This document shows, piece by piece, positions 26,905 to 40,261 of a DNA stretch of 64,000 nt (the first letter of the stretch is position 1; the number at the start of each line of letters is the position of its first letter). The translations under genes and the position numbers were made by a program. Source of the DNA: Octopus sinensis (lineage: Eukaryota); assembly GCF_006345805.1 (NCBI RefSeq), contig NC_043011.1:35786464-35850463 (forward strand), written 5' to 3'. Under the pieces are notes generated by a model. That model was given only the letters and a program-made list of their open reading frames with translations. It was not told the origin of the DNA and did not search any database.

Positions 26905-27050
26905 TAGGGAAGTTTTCTTCTCAACTACATGATCCTGAGTTCAGTCCCACAGCGTGGCACCTTGGGCAAGTAACTTCTATTATAGCCTCAGGCTGAACAA
27001 AGCCTTGCGAGTAGATTTGGTAGACGGAAATTGAGAGAAGCCCATCGTAT
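26905..27050 (+). mobile_element. Family B SINE 5' part
   Basis: TTCAGTCCCACAGCGTGGCACCTTGGGCAAGT...GATTTGGTAGACGGAAA. Confidence 0.8.
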
Positions 27051-27074
27051 CACTCTCTGTCTATGTATATATAT

Positions 27075-27108
<34 letters not shown>

Positions 27109-27746
27109 TATTATTATTATGACATTGCGGAATACCACCAGAACGCTATCAACAAATATGGGAGAAATCAAGACGTCGAGGTCACAAATTGTTATAACTC
27201 ATAAAAAATTCTATCTCGGCAAGTGAAACTGTTTTGACGGAAGCAACAGAACAGCCGAAGAGTAAAAGAAGATGACCGTATTGGTATATCGAAAGCAAAG
27301 AAAGAATCATGTAATTCTTTGCCAAATGCTCGCTCTACCAGTGGTACAGTATATGTGAAAACCGTAGAAAATATTGCCTAAATGTCGTATAACTTAACAA
27401 TTTTTATCTCTTAAAATTGTATGTATATGCCTTATTTAATTAAAACTAAAAGTCGTATATTTTAACTTGACATTTCTATACATTAATATAGATGTATATT
27501 CACTCCTTATTTAATTAAACCTACTTAAACGTACTCAAATTTCCATATTCTTCATTTGTAATCCGTTACAATTACACTTCTAGTTGATGTACGGATAAAT
27601 TTGATTAGTTCAGTATTGAAAAAAGGTAAAACATTTCCACTGCAAACTTTAAAATGTGCTTCTCGAGTAAGTGACATTTTTTGTAGTTACGACTATTTCA
27701 ATTATAAACTACGTTTTACCTGTCTACATGCAAACACAGTGAGTGA

Positions 27747-27787
<41 letters not shown>

Positions 27788-28807
27788 TATATTTACATAT
27801 GTACACATGTACGTACCTACTTTAATATATATATGAGCGCGAGTATGCGTGTGCGGGTATTTACATAAGTCTGCATGATGCATCTCACGCATGTATATAC
27901 GTATACAGACACACACACATGCAAATATATATGTATATATGAATAAGCATACATGTGAATGTATATTTATTGGTATATATGCTCCAAAGTGTGATACAGT
28001 TTTACACTCAGGTGATGCAGTTTTGCACATAGGTGATGCAGTTTTGCAACAATTTTACGTATGAACACAGTTTGCAAAAAGTTTATTGGTTTTCCTGATA
28101 CTTGCATCTGCTATCCACACCCCGCAAAATACCCGGATATATATTTTCTAATTAAATATCTTAATTCTATTTATGGAAAAAGTGTACGTTTGTGAATGTT
28201 AAAAAAAAAAATAAATAAACAAGACAATTTATTACATCAATTTGGGCAAACTTTTGAAATAAAACGTTTTCTCACAAAATGAAAAATAAATTCCTTATAA
28301 GTTATATATTTGTTTATTTTAATTTAAGTTCATTATTTTTGTTTTGTTGAATTTTCATGAAGTTCAAATTGAGCCATATTTTTTACCTGCTTGGGTGAAC
28401 AATTCTGAGTGAATCAAAATTTTCCGCACAAACTGAATTTTGTCAGTATCCTTTTTAAAAGCAATTTATCTAAAATATGGTAAATTCATATGGCCATATA
28501 TAACCCGAGCCGGCCGTATACTGCCTTTAGTACACACACAAACCTACATATATCCATATATTTACATGCACACACAGTTTTATAATTTGATTGATAGTAA
28601 CATCTAAATTTTACTAGTCGTGCTATATTTTACTTGATAGCTTAAACATGACACAACTAGAGAAACTTCGAAGCATTGTCAACAAAAATATCATGAACAC
28701 TATACTCTATACATGTATTGAGTTCTTTGTGCTTTAAATTCAAATCTCATCAGGTCATCTGTGCCTTTTATCCTTTCTGGGCCAATAAATAAACGTACCA
28801 ACAATCT

Positions 28808-29177
28808 ATTCTTCTCCTTCTTCTCCTTTTTCTTCTCCTTCTCCTTTTTCTTCTCCTTCTTCTCCTTCTTCTTCTCCTTCTTCTCCTTTTTCTTCTCCTT
28901 CTCCTTCTTCTTCTCCCTTTTCTTCTTCTTCTTCTTCTTCTTCTTCTTCTTCTCCTTCTTCTTCTTCTTCTTCTCCTTCTTCTTCTCCTTCTTCTCCTTT
29001 TTCTTATCCTTCTTCTTCTCCTTCTTCTCCTTTTTCTCCTCCTTCTTCTTCTCCTTCTTCTTCTTCTCCTTCTTCTTCTTCTTCTTCTTCTTCTTCTTCT
29101 TCTTCTTCTTCTTCTTCTTCTTCTTCTCCTTCTCCTTCTCCTTCTTCTTCTACTCTCCCCTTCCCTCTCTTTCTCTC
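28808..29177. repeat. ~370-bp homopyrimidine (TTC/TCC)n tract
   Basis: Almost purine-free on plus strand. Confidence 0.95.
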
Positions 29178-29179
29178 AG

Positions 29180-29286
29180 TAGAATAGTTCAGTCTGATGA
29201 AAAACGGACGCCGCCAACTTTAAAATCCCCAAGATACATCGTTTACCACGATGATGGAGTCAACGATTCCATCTGTAGAATTCAAG
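29180..29286 (+). CDS. Exon (phase 2->1; RIVQSDEKRTPPTLKSPRYIVYHDDGVNDSICRIQ) with predicted GC donor
   Basis: Very long pyrimidine tract then CAG/TAG tandem acceptor; CAAG|GCAAGG donor needed to keep frame with the 30430 exon. Confidence 0.6.
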
Positions 29287-30429
29287 GCAAGGCATATGTA
29301 TATTACAACAAACATTAATGTTTTTGAGCACTCTCATGGACTCCTTTTTCGGAATGTATCTTTCAACACATTTCAGAAAAAAGTTACAAATATCAATATA
29401 TATACTTATACCCATCAAAAAATCAAATGAGAAAGTTATTAAAATTAAAAATACATTAGTGGAAAATGAATTACATTTTGAAGTAGTATATTAAAACTAC
29501 GTACAGTAGTAATACATTTTACTGTTCTACACCATTTAGTTACTTCAAAATGTCTGCATCACATTTATAAATATTTCTGTCGATTTTCGAAGTCCTTCAT
29601 AAATATTTATTTATATTTTTACGAAGTTTGGTTAATGCAATGAGTGATTGTTCTTGTCAGAGCAAAGTAAAGTTAGTTACTACAAATCCTCTTATAGCGT
29701 TTAGCAGGAACGAATCGTTTATTTGGCTAAATTTGTTTATGGATTTTCCATAGGTTAGTATTTAAAATTACGCTAGCATATATAATTCGTCTCATTTTTA
29801 AAAAAAAACAAAAAAAAACAAATAACTTGTATATAAATAAATAAGAAAACCAAGATTTCATCTTCTAAAAACTTGTGGCACCAAAAAATTCGCTGCAAAG
29901 TATCAATCAACTTTGGTGCCCAATTTTTTATGCCAACAAACTAAAATCAAGAAACAAAGATATTTCAAAAATATTCAATGCTTTCTTGTAGCTGAAAAAG
30001 AACACTGAGGCAATATTATATCAATAATCTATAAAATACACTTATAGCAGCAAAAATATGGCGCCTCTATAAATCTTCATTTGAATTTGGAGAGCGCAGT
30101 GACCATCAAGGTTTGTCTTCACTCATGTTGTTTTTCTACGCAATGCCTTTTATGAAGAAACGGTCTCTCTTTATAGATTTGCAACAAGACAGTCTCTTGC
30201 CCACGGCATTTATGAATGGAATGCCAAGAAGTTTTTGTTCCCCTTGGATAGAATAAAAACCACCAGTTTATTTTGCTTGACAGCCCCAACTTTAAGTAAT
30301 ATGATACATACGCGCATTAAGACAGGTATATACACACATGACGGCTGCTGAAATATTTCTGGCTTTGATTAAAAGAAAATACAAGAGGATCAGTTCAATA
30401 TGATTTTATTCAACATATTTCACTCTTAG

Positions 30430-30490
30430 ATTCACACACTTATTGCAGCGATTCTTTAGTGTTTCTAAGCCTTGTAAAAGAACTCAGAAG
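30430..30490 (+). CDS. Exon (phase 1->2; SHTYCSDSLVFLSLVKELR)
   Basis: tttcactcttAG acceptor and AAG|GTAAGG donor, both strong; 61 nt open. Confidence 0.7.
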
Positions 30491-31034
30491 GTAAGGAATC
30501 CAGCCAGCCAAGCCTGTCTCTATACCCTTAAAGCCAGGAACTTTTCAACATCTCCTCATATTACCGATTCCCCATCATTTAGATGTCGAATAAAAAGAAA
30601 ACGAACTTCAACAAGAAAATTAGTTCATTCACTTTTGTTGTTGCTCAGTCCCATAAACAGAAATATGGCCAAAAGCGTTCCAACCATATCCGCCTGCCTT
30701 ATTAGTAATTATACATGACTACGCTACTGTGTCCTTTTTTCTTCTTTTGTTTTGAACGACAGGGTGTAAATTGAGTGAAATTTGGCTGCGATATCTAGCA
30801 GTTCTGTTGATTCTGTAGAGCTTCCTTTGTTGACTCCAGAACGTACATCTTTACTGATAATAGTTTCAATGTAACACAGAGGCAATGATTACATTAGTTT
30901 CAGTAGCAGTCTCAGCAGAAACCCTTTCCACCTGTACAGTGCGGTGTCCGTCTTTCTAGTGTGGATCATCATTTCTAGATCGCAAGATAATGAAGAAGCT
31001 ATTGGCTACTATCACTGACCAAACAGAAATTTTG

Positions 31035-31270
31035 CCGGCGAGCTGGCAGAAACGTTAGCACGCCGGGCGAAATGCTTTGTGGTATTTCGTCCGCCGCTGC
31101 ATTCTGAGTTCAAATTCCTCCGAGGCCGACTTTGCCTTTAATCCTTTCGGGGTCGATAAATTAAGTACCAGTTACGCACTGGGGTCGATATAATCAGCTT
31201 AATCCGTTTATCTGTCTTTGTATGTCCCCTCTGTGTTTAGATCCTTGTGGGCAATGAAGAAATAAGAAAT
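31035..31270 (+). mobile_element. Family A SINE, full length
   Basis: GGCGAGCTGGCAGAAACGTTAGC head, GAGTTCAAATTC B-box-like, GCCTTTAATCCTTTCGGGGTCGATAAATTAAGTACC core, AAGAAATA tail. Confidence 0.9.
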
Positions 31271-31711
31271 ATTCAAAAACAAAGCCCACTCGAGCTTATT
31301 GCCTTCTTACACTTAAAGCCAGTGTGGTATTTGCCTTTGTTGAACACTCCTAACCGATAAAACATTTAATTATATACGTTCCACCCATGACCATTCCATC
31401 ATTTTCACTATATCTTGGACCATATCACTGAAAATGTCTTTCAAATGTTCTTTTAGTACGACAAAAATTTAGCTGCTATTGCTAGCATGTTCTGTGGCGA
31501 AGCAACGGTCACCTGCTTGCCTCATTACCTTAGTAAAATATGAAACCGCAACGCTAGTAGCTTTCTTCAAGTGTGTTCATGATTGGCAAAAAGAAGTAAT
31601 CTTTAATCAGAAGATCTGGACTGAATGCGTGTAACAGAATAAACTGCCGCAAGAGCACCCACGGGATAGCGATGGTGTTAAAACCACTGATGGAATAAGT
31701 TAATCTACATC

Positions 31712-31753
<42 letters not shown>

Positions 31754-32053
31754 ACACCACACACAACAACACACACACACCAAACACACCACACACACAC
31801 ACACACACACACAACACACAACATATATATATATATATATATAAAGCAAATACACAAACACACACACACACGTTACTAATAACGGGGGAGAAAAACTAAG
31901 GATACGATGTTGGTACTAGGACGAAAAGAATTCTCAACTCTTTTTGCAAACAACCCTCTTTGATTTTCATAAAAATATATACGTATATATATATATATAT
32001 ATACATACATACATTATATAAATATATACGTATATATATATACATACATACAT

Positions 32054-32094
<41 letters not shown>

Positions 32095-32269
32095 ATACTA
32101 GCAGAAAGTCAGCCCTTCAAGCAGTTTTCTGCTTTTCAAATATGGAGTATGTGTGTGTTTATATTAGAGAGACTGTGTATGTGTGTGTGTAAGGGAGAGA
32201 ACATTGGAGACAGTGGATATCGTTTGGATAATAGTCGTATTGTTTTAACACTTTGTAGAATACTCCTAT

Positions 32270-32640
32270 TATTCGAGCTTTGGTGTTGGAGAAGACTTTT
32301 ACGGATTCCATGGACAGCGAGGCTCACCGATGGAGAAGTTCTTAAGCAGATAAGGCCGAAAATGCCGCTAGAAGCTAGGATCACCAAGCATAGATTGGCA
32401 TATTTCGGTCATATTATGCGGAGAAAATCCCTGGAGAAGGACATCATGCTCGGAATGGTCAGTGGCAAGAGAGGAAGAGGCCGACCAAGAACTCGCTGGC
32501 ATGACACCATCAAGAGTGATACCGGAATGGACATAGCCAATCTGAAAGAAGCGGCCCAGGATAGAACTGACTGGAGGACACTGATCCAACGAGTGACCGA
32601 GAGTCGACTTCGACTGAGCGGATAGAGAGAGAGAGAGTGG
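32270..32640 (+). mobile_element. RTE-clade LINE 3' fragment
   Basis: FELWCWRRLLRIPWTAR...RLAYFGHIMRR..LEKDIMLGMVSGKRGRGRPRTRW..., the typical RTE post-RT C-terminus, then stop and (GA)n tail. Confidence 0.9.
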
Positions 32641-33252
32641 TGAATGACGAAATGAGCTAAAGTGAAATCGATCTCAGAATATACAGGCATGTAACTAGCT
32701 GCCAGATAGTATTTAATTTTTCCCAACACTCCGACGATTCTGCTATTCAACCGCCGTAATATCTTAATTTAAGCAGAAATTTGCTAAAAAAAAAAAGCTA
32801 AATTGGAATGACCAGTGGTTCTATTTGAACAACATAGATAGAAACAGATATATCTTCTAATACCTCACAACATAAATTCATGATTTATTAAAGCTATCTA
32901 TGCTTCTAGAGGACGTACCGTACTTACAAAGCGACAATAAAGACCTGATCTACTTGAGAAAGGGAGATAATCTCAAGATTCTAGGATAAAAGAGGACAGA
33001 TTTTTCTTTTTTGTCAGACGATAAGAAAATTGATGCACATATGCATTTCGTTCCGAAGGAACTAACAATATGCGCGAACTGGCATCAACTTGGGATTGAA
33101 ACCGGATGTCTGATGCATTACCAACCTCATGCGATGCTACAACGATTTAAGACAATCACAAGATTATTAATGGCATATTAGTTATCAATATCATTTTCGA
33201 GAATAAAATAAAAAATGACAATTTTCATTTCAACAACAATAAAGATAAAAAC

Positions 33253-33283
<31 letters not shown>

Positions 33284-33302
33284 TAATAATAATAATAATG
33301 AA

Positions 33303-33351
<49 letters not shown>

Positions 33352-33958
33352 GAATCTAATATTTATATAACGTAAAATAGATATATAAATTAAAAAATGG
33401 AATGGTAAAAGAAAAATTGCATTTCATCTGCAGAATTTTTATTCACTCCGTTTTACTGTCATATTGAAATCTATAATCACAATTTCTTTTGTATTTTCCA
33501 TTCTTAGATACGATTATGGTATAGCTTATATCAACTTATGATGAAAAGTACAATGCCAAAGTTTAATCAATAATCGGAATTTTCTGGAATAATTTTTATC
33601 TTCTATATGATAGAAACTAAAGCAGCGAAGGTAAACTTAAATGAATATAATAACCAGCAGAGGAAAAAAAGGAAATTTTCAGATGAAGACTTATTGCAAA
33701 TAATCATTTAATCTGTGAAAAGATGAACTGCAATGGTACGCAGAGACATATTTCTGTGAATACCCGATCAATTGATCGTACATATTTGGTCTTATCTAAT
33801 GTAGCTAATATAGAAAGTTAAAGACGTGATGTTATTGTATATGTAAGCTAGCAATTTTGTTACGGTTTAAGTTATGAACATAGTACGAGATTTTGCTTCA
33901 TCTATTGTATCAATATCAACTTAAGTTCAAATGGTTTATTCGAAAGAACTAAACAAAT

Positions 33959-34250
33959 AGTGGAGGCACGTGGCCTAGTGGTTGAGGGATCGCGGGTTCG
34001 AATCTCAGACCGGGCGATGTGTGTGTTTATGAGCGAAACACCTAAGCTCCACGCGGCTACGGCAGAAGGTAATGGCGAACATTTGCTGACTCTTTCGCCA
34101 CAACTTTCTCTCACTCTTTCCTCCTGCATCTTGCAGCTCACCTGCGACGGACCGGCGTCCCGTCCAGGTGGGGAACCTATATGCCAAGGAAACCGGGAAA
34201 CCGGCCCTAGGAGGCAGGGGTGGCTCGAGAAGGAGCAAACAACAAATAAA
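33959..34250 (+). mobile_element. Family D-like SINE
   Basis: GGAGGCACGTGGCCTAGTGGTT head; GCGACGGACCGGCGTCCCGTCCAG; GGAAACCGGGAAACCGG. Confidence 0.8.
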
Positions 34251-34979
34251 TCAAGGAATCATATACGTAATAAAATGGTAAAACTTTGCTATACGTGTAT
34301 TTAGTATGCAGAATGCTCCTCTGGGCTATTTTCAATGATGGCTATCAGGACGTGTAATAGACCCTATCTAGCATTTCAAATGAGCGTATAACATCTTACG
34401 ATTATCATATACCTAACATCAAGTTTCAGTTTATAAATGAAGATTTGTATATGTGTGCGTGTGCGTGTGTATGTGTGTGTGTGTGTGCGTGTATGTGTGT
34501 GTGTTTGTGTATGTTCAGGATTCAGGTGAATCGGGTACTTAAATGGTAAAGCTGCGGGGCGAATGAGATAAAATTAATCGTGTATATTACGGAAGTATAG
34601 GAACAAATGCCTACATACCGACATATAGACAGGGAATCATGAAGTGGCACAAACTGGTGACATTTGAAATGTTTTAAATGTGTAATTCTTGTATATTCAC
34701 CTGATGAAAACGGGCTTTTTTTTATCACATGATGTAATATCTCTGTTCATCAATATATTTTGTATCAAAATATATATGTGAAAGTGTGTGTATTTGTTGG
34801 TGAAATGATTCCTATTGTAGGTCTGGAAACTCGTTCTATAAGCTGATAAAAGGAGAACTGAAACGTCAACGCTTTTTGTGTAAAGACTTCGTGTTAAGAG
34901 CTTTAAGGGAATATCGGACAAAGGAAATACTCAACACAGACGTACTAATTTTAGTTCAACACCGCCTTCTACACAGTTA

Positions 34980-35210
34980 GCGGTGAGCTGGCAGAAACGT
35001 TAGCGCGCCGGACGAAATGCTGAGCGGTATTTCGTCTGCCGCTACGTTCTGAGTTCAAATTCCGCCGAGGTCGACTTTGCCTTTCATCCTTTCGGGGTCG
35101 ATAGATTAAGTACCAGTTACGCACTGGGGTCGATGTAATCGACTTAATACCTATGTCTGTCCCTGTTTGTCCCCTTTATGTTTAGCCCCTTGTGGGTAAT
35201 AAAGGAATAG
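34980..35210 (+). mobile_element. Family A SINE, full length, followed by a degenerate partial copy to ~35310
   Basis: Colinear with 31035..31270. Confidence 0.9.
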
Positions 35211-35728
35211 GTATAGCTTAGAATTCTGACGAAGTCAACTTGGATTTTTCATTCTTTCGGGGTCGATAAAATAAGCACAGTTGAGCATTGAGGTCGATGT
35301 CCTCGACTTACTCAATTCTGAATTCGTTCTTTTTATTGTTGTTTTCATTGTCATAGTTATTAAAAGACTAGACAAAATATATTGCAAATAATTTGTATGA
35401 AGTTGGGCAAAGAATTATGATATGATCTATTTTAATGTGATAAATAGGTAGCGGTAAACTATGAAAGAATCAAACTTGTAACTTATTCAATGCAAACTGG
35501 GGTTGTCAATTAAGGCAAATCAAATATCGTATGTGACAACCAAAATACACACACACACCACACACACACACAACCCTGAGGAAAGTCAATCAATTTGCAC
35601 GAAATCGTTGGAAGTATGTAGGTGACGCATGAAAGCAAATGACAACGTAATTAATATGGCTTCTTCAAAAGCGGCAATGGCTTCAGCGAAAGTTTGTTAA
35701 TTAAAGAAGTATAAACAAGGAGACGAAT

Positions 35729-36905
35729 ATAGCATGAACAACATACAGCATGAACAACATACAGCATGAACACACATAACAGCATGAACAACATACAGCA
35801 TGAACAACATACAGCATGAAACAACATACAGCATGAACAACAATACAGCATGAACAACATACCGCATGAACAACATACAGCATGAACAACATACAGCATG
35901 ACACAACATATAGCATGAACAACATACAGCATGAACAACATACGCATGAACACATACAGCATGAACAACATACAGCATGAACAACATACAGCATGAATAT
36001 GAACAACATACAGCATGAACAACATACAGCATGAACAACATACAGCATGAACAACATACAGCATGAACAACATACAGCATGAACAACATACAGCATGAAC
36101 AACATACAGCATGAAAAAAACATACAGCATGAACAACATACAGCACATGAACAACATACAGCATGAACAAACATAAAGCTATGAACAACATACAGCATGA
36201 AAAACATACAGCATGAACAACATACAGAGATGAACAACATCCAGCATGAACAACATACAGCATGAACAACATACAGCATGAACAACATACAGCATGAACA
36301 ACATACAGCATGAACAACATACAGCATGAACAACATACAGCATGAACAACATACAGCATGAACAACATACAGCATGAACAACATACAGCATGAACAACAT
36401 ATAGCATGAACAACATACAGCATGAACAACATACAGCATGAACAACATACAGCATGAACAACATACAGCATGAACAACATACAGCATGAATGAACAACAT
36501 ACAGCATGAACAACAATAGCATGAACAACATAGCAATGAACAACATACAGCATGAACAACATATAGCATGAACAACATACAGCATGAACAACATACAGCA
36601 TGAACAACATACAGCATGAACAACATACAGCATGAACAACACATATAGCATGAACAACATACAGCATGAACAACATACAGCATGAACAACTACAGCCATG
36701 AACAACATACAGCATGACACAACATACATAACAGCATGAACAACATACAGCATGAACAACATACAGCATGAACAACATACAGCATGAACAACATACAGCA
36801 TGAACAACATACAGCATGAACAACATACAGCATGAACAACATACAGCATGAACAACATACAGCATGAACAACATACAGCATGAACAACATACAGCATGAA
36901 CAACA
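35729..36905. repeat. 16-bp minisatellite (ACAGCATGAACAACAT)n, about 70-75 units
   Basis: Period read directly; scattered 1-2 nt indels. Confidence 0.95.
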
Positions 36906-37165
36906 AACCAATGGAGGCATAAGAATGGGTTCACCTATCGTATGACCTCTGCATTTGGCATATACACACATATACGTAATTATATATATATAAAAACGCA
37001 TGCATGTATAAAGAATGGTGTATGTATGTGTTCGCGCATTACATACGCACATATATATGCGTATAAATACGTGTATAAATATACGTATAAATACATACAT
37101 TTATTCACATACATACATGCCTATGTGCATTAATATATTTCTCTCTTTACCTCACCTTCCCTCCG

Positions 37166-37263
<98 letters not shown>

Positions 37264-37685
37264 AGGCACAGGAGTGGCTGTGTGGTAAGTAGCTTGCTTC
37301 CCAACCACATGGTTCTGGGTTCGGTCCTACTGCGTTGTATCTTGGGAAAATGTCTTCTGCTATAACCTTGGACTGGCCAAAACCATGTGAGAGGATTTGG
37401 TAGACGGAAACGGAATCTCATCGCATACACACACACATATATATATGTGTGTGTGTGCGTTGTGTGTGTGTGTGTGAGAGAGAGAGATGTGTCTGTATTT
37501 GTCCCCGTATCGATTGACAACCGATGTTGGTACGTTTACGTCCCCGTAACTTAGCGGTTCGACAAAAGAAATTGATAGAATAAGTACTAGGCTTACAAAG
37601 TCCTTGGGGTCGATTTGTTCGACTAAAGGCGATGCTCCAGCACGGCTGCAGTCAAATGACTGAAACAAATAAAAGAATAAAAGAA
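37264..37685 (+). mobile_element. Family B SINE
   Basis: Colinear with the family. Confidence 0.9.
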
Positions 37686-37979
37686 TATATATATAGATGT
37701 TCTTAAAAGTTATTAACTATTATAATGGAAGGTGTTTTTAGAAACGGCTTTGTTTATTTCTCTTCCAATAGAATTCTTATAAAATATTCTTCTTTTTCCT
37801 TTTGTATTTGTTCCTTTTCATTTTTTACTCTGTAAAAAAGGGAATATTTGAAATTTTCTATTTGCACAAATGCTTAAATGTTTACTACATCGAATACATG
37901 GAATATATTTATGAGATGAATTTTCGACTACGAGAATTCTTCCAAAAGAAGCACAACAAAGATCCGTCGCTAGTGAAAA

Positions 37980-39160
37980 ATGAAAACAGGATTTAAGCTT
38001 CCAATGAGCAGAATTCATCACTTGAGTGAATACATAATGTCTAAAAATATCTCCAAACTCAAATATTTCAACAGACAAAACAAACATTATGAAGGAAGAA
38101 CAAAAAGCTTTGGAATGTCTATATAAAGATTTCTCTATAGTCATTAAAGAAGCCGACAAAGGTGGAGCCGTTGTCACAGGGAAATATTCCTAGAACAACT
38201 AAATAATCTGCAGTTCTACAGAAAATTAGAAATCGAGTCATATAAACAAACAATGAGTAAAATTGTTAAATTAACGAACAAATTAAAAAATGACAACGAA
38301 ATTGGAGTTGGATTACTTCAGCAATTTTGAGGTAAAAAACGAGTAACTTTTATGGACTTACAAAACCTTTAAATCTTAAGTCAAATACAGCTTAAAGGAC
38401 TTCCATACATCATATGTTAAAATTCTCTAACCATATAATCTAAAATTACGCCCGACTGTTGTAAGGTCAGCATCGAGTTCCCAACGGTTAAGCCATTTGC
38501 ATAATAATCTTGAAATTCTTGTGCAAATTGGTTCCTATTTTCATCAGTGATGACATGGACTTCCTAATCCAGGTTCCAAAAACAGTAGACCAGAGACAAT
38601 CCTGAAGAGTTTCGACGTAACAGTCTAAAAGAAATATTAGAAGCGGTAGAACTTCTTAAAAGAGTTTATACTTGAAGAGATTCCTAAAAGAGTTTATACT
38701 TGAAGGATTACGAATGGTACGAGAAAACTACGTCTTCTTTGATAATCAGTATTACCTACATATGCCAGGCACAGCAATGGTGACGCAAGTCACACCGATG
38801 TTGGCGACAGAAGTGATTGAATTCCTGAAGAAAAGAATCTATCCCCTGTCAATATTTTCAATCTTATTTGACTTGGAAGTAGAAAAAGATTCTTAGATTA
38901 TTGCAACAAATTTTGGAACAAAAGTAAGGAGGATCTCACATGATTCCTTAAATTAATAGAAAGCATTAATGAATCGATCCAGTCCACAACGGAAATTAAG
39001 GAAGGGGAACGTCTTTATCCAAACATACTGATAATTAAAGAAAATGAAACAGTTATAACCGATCTCTACCACAGCCAAAAACACAGACATACACCTATAT
39101 TTGGATTTCAGCTCTTGTCACTCTTCCCGCACAAAAGAACATACTATTCAACATCTTGAC
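37980..39160 (+). mobile_element. Decayed Penelope-like element reverse transcriptase
   Basis: Broken frames give EEQKALECL..IVIKEADKGGAVV, FISDDMDFL, SFDVT, ENYVFFDNQYY..PGTAMVT, and TDLY..YLDFSSCH..TK; many stops and frameshifts. Confidence 0.8.
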
Positions 39161-39860
39161 ATTTGCGTAAATAGAAAATTGAAAATATTAACTTTTCTTA
39201 AATTTCGAGGTTCTTTGCCTCTTTCACTTGGTATATGTTTCTCTTCCTTTCGCATGCACTCTTTCCATAGACATTATATCAAGTGATTTGAATTTATCAC
39301 AGTGTATAATTAAATTTCATGGATGCGAGTTCATATAACACTCATGTAGAAGCGCATAAGGTAATGTTATCTTACATACATTGATTTCTTATTAACAATT
39401 CAATACGGGTTGTTTATATGAAGGGAAAGTTTTCGATCATAACTAAGCTCCGGCTAACCTATGACTAAACAGTAATAAACAGCAAACGTGGTGTTTGTTT
39501 GAGCAACCTCGAATACACGAAAAGCAAGCCATAGCGGATAATACAATCCTAGATGCATTATGACAGTAAATGATTTGGTGTGGTCATGTCTGAAATGTAT
39601 TTATTCATTGGTCAACTCTTTTAAAATTGCTCTGGAACTAAACAACAAGAATACCACAAACAAGAACAGCATTTGTTGCAGATTGATTCACCAGAGTAGT
39701 AAACTGAGCGTGGAAGAGTCAAGAGGTCTTATACAGTCGTAACACTAACATTTTCCCTTAAAGACGCATGCTTCTCCTCCTTTATATACAGCAGGTTTGG
39801 TAAGAAGAACACACCTCTGTATATAAATATATGCCGCATACAAAAAAATAAACTAACACC

Positions 39861-40091
39861 TATTTCTTTACTACCCACAAGGCACTAAATACAGAGGGGA
39901 CAAACAAGGACAGACAAACGGATTAAGTCGATTACATCGACCCAAGTGCGTAACTGGTGCTTAATTTATCGACCCCGAAAATATGAAAGGCAAAGTCGAC
40001 CTCAGTGGAATTTGAACTCAGAACGTAACGGCAGACGAAATGCAGCTGTGCATTTCGCCCGGCTTGCTAACGTTTCTGCCAGCTCGCCACC
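39861..40091 (-). mobile_element. Family A SINE with perfect 16-bp TSD
   Basis: AAAATAAACTAACACC at 39845..39860 and 40092..40107. Confidence 0.95.
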
Positions 40092-40261
40092 AAAATAAAC
40101 TAACACCATCCTAGAAGTGGGAAGTTGAAATCCATGTGAGTAATTCTTCAAAAGCATGAACAACATCTTGTTACGCTCATACTGCTTGCCCAACAATTAT
40201 ACAAACTCACGACAGGTGAATCGTATGACCTAACTCCATTTCAGAACCATCAGAACAAGCC

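Noticed and set aside
35651-36934. 168-401 aa Cys-rich minus-strand ORFs
   Set aside because: Translation of the 16-bp tandem repeat.
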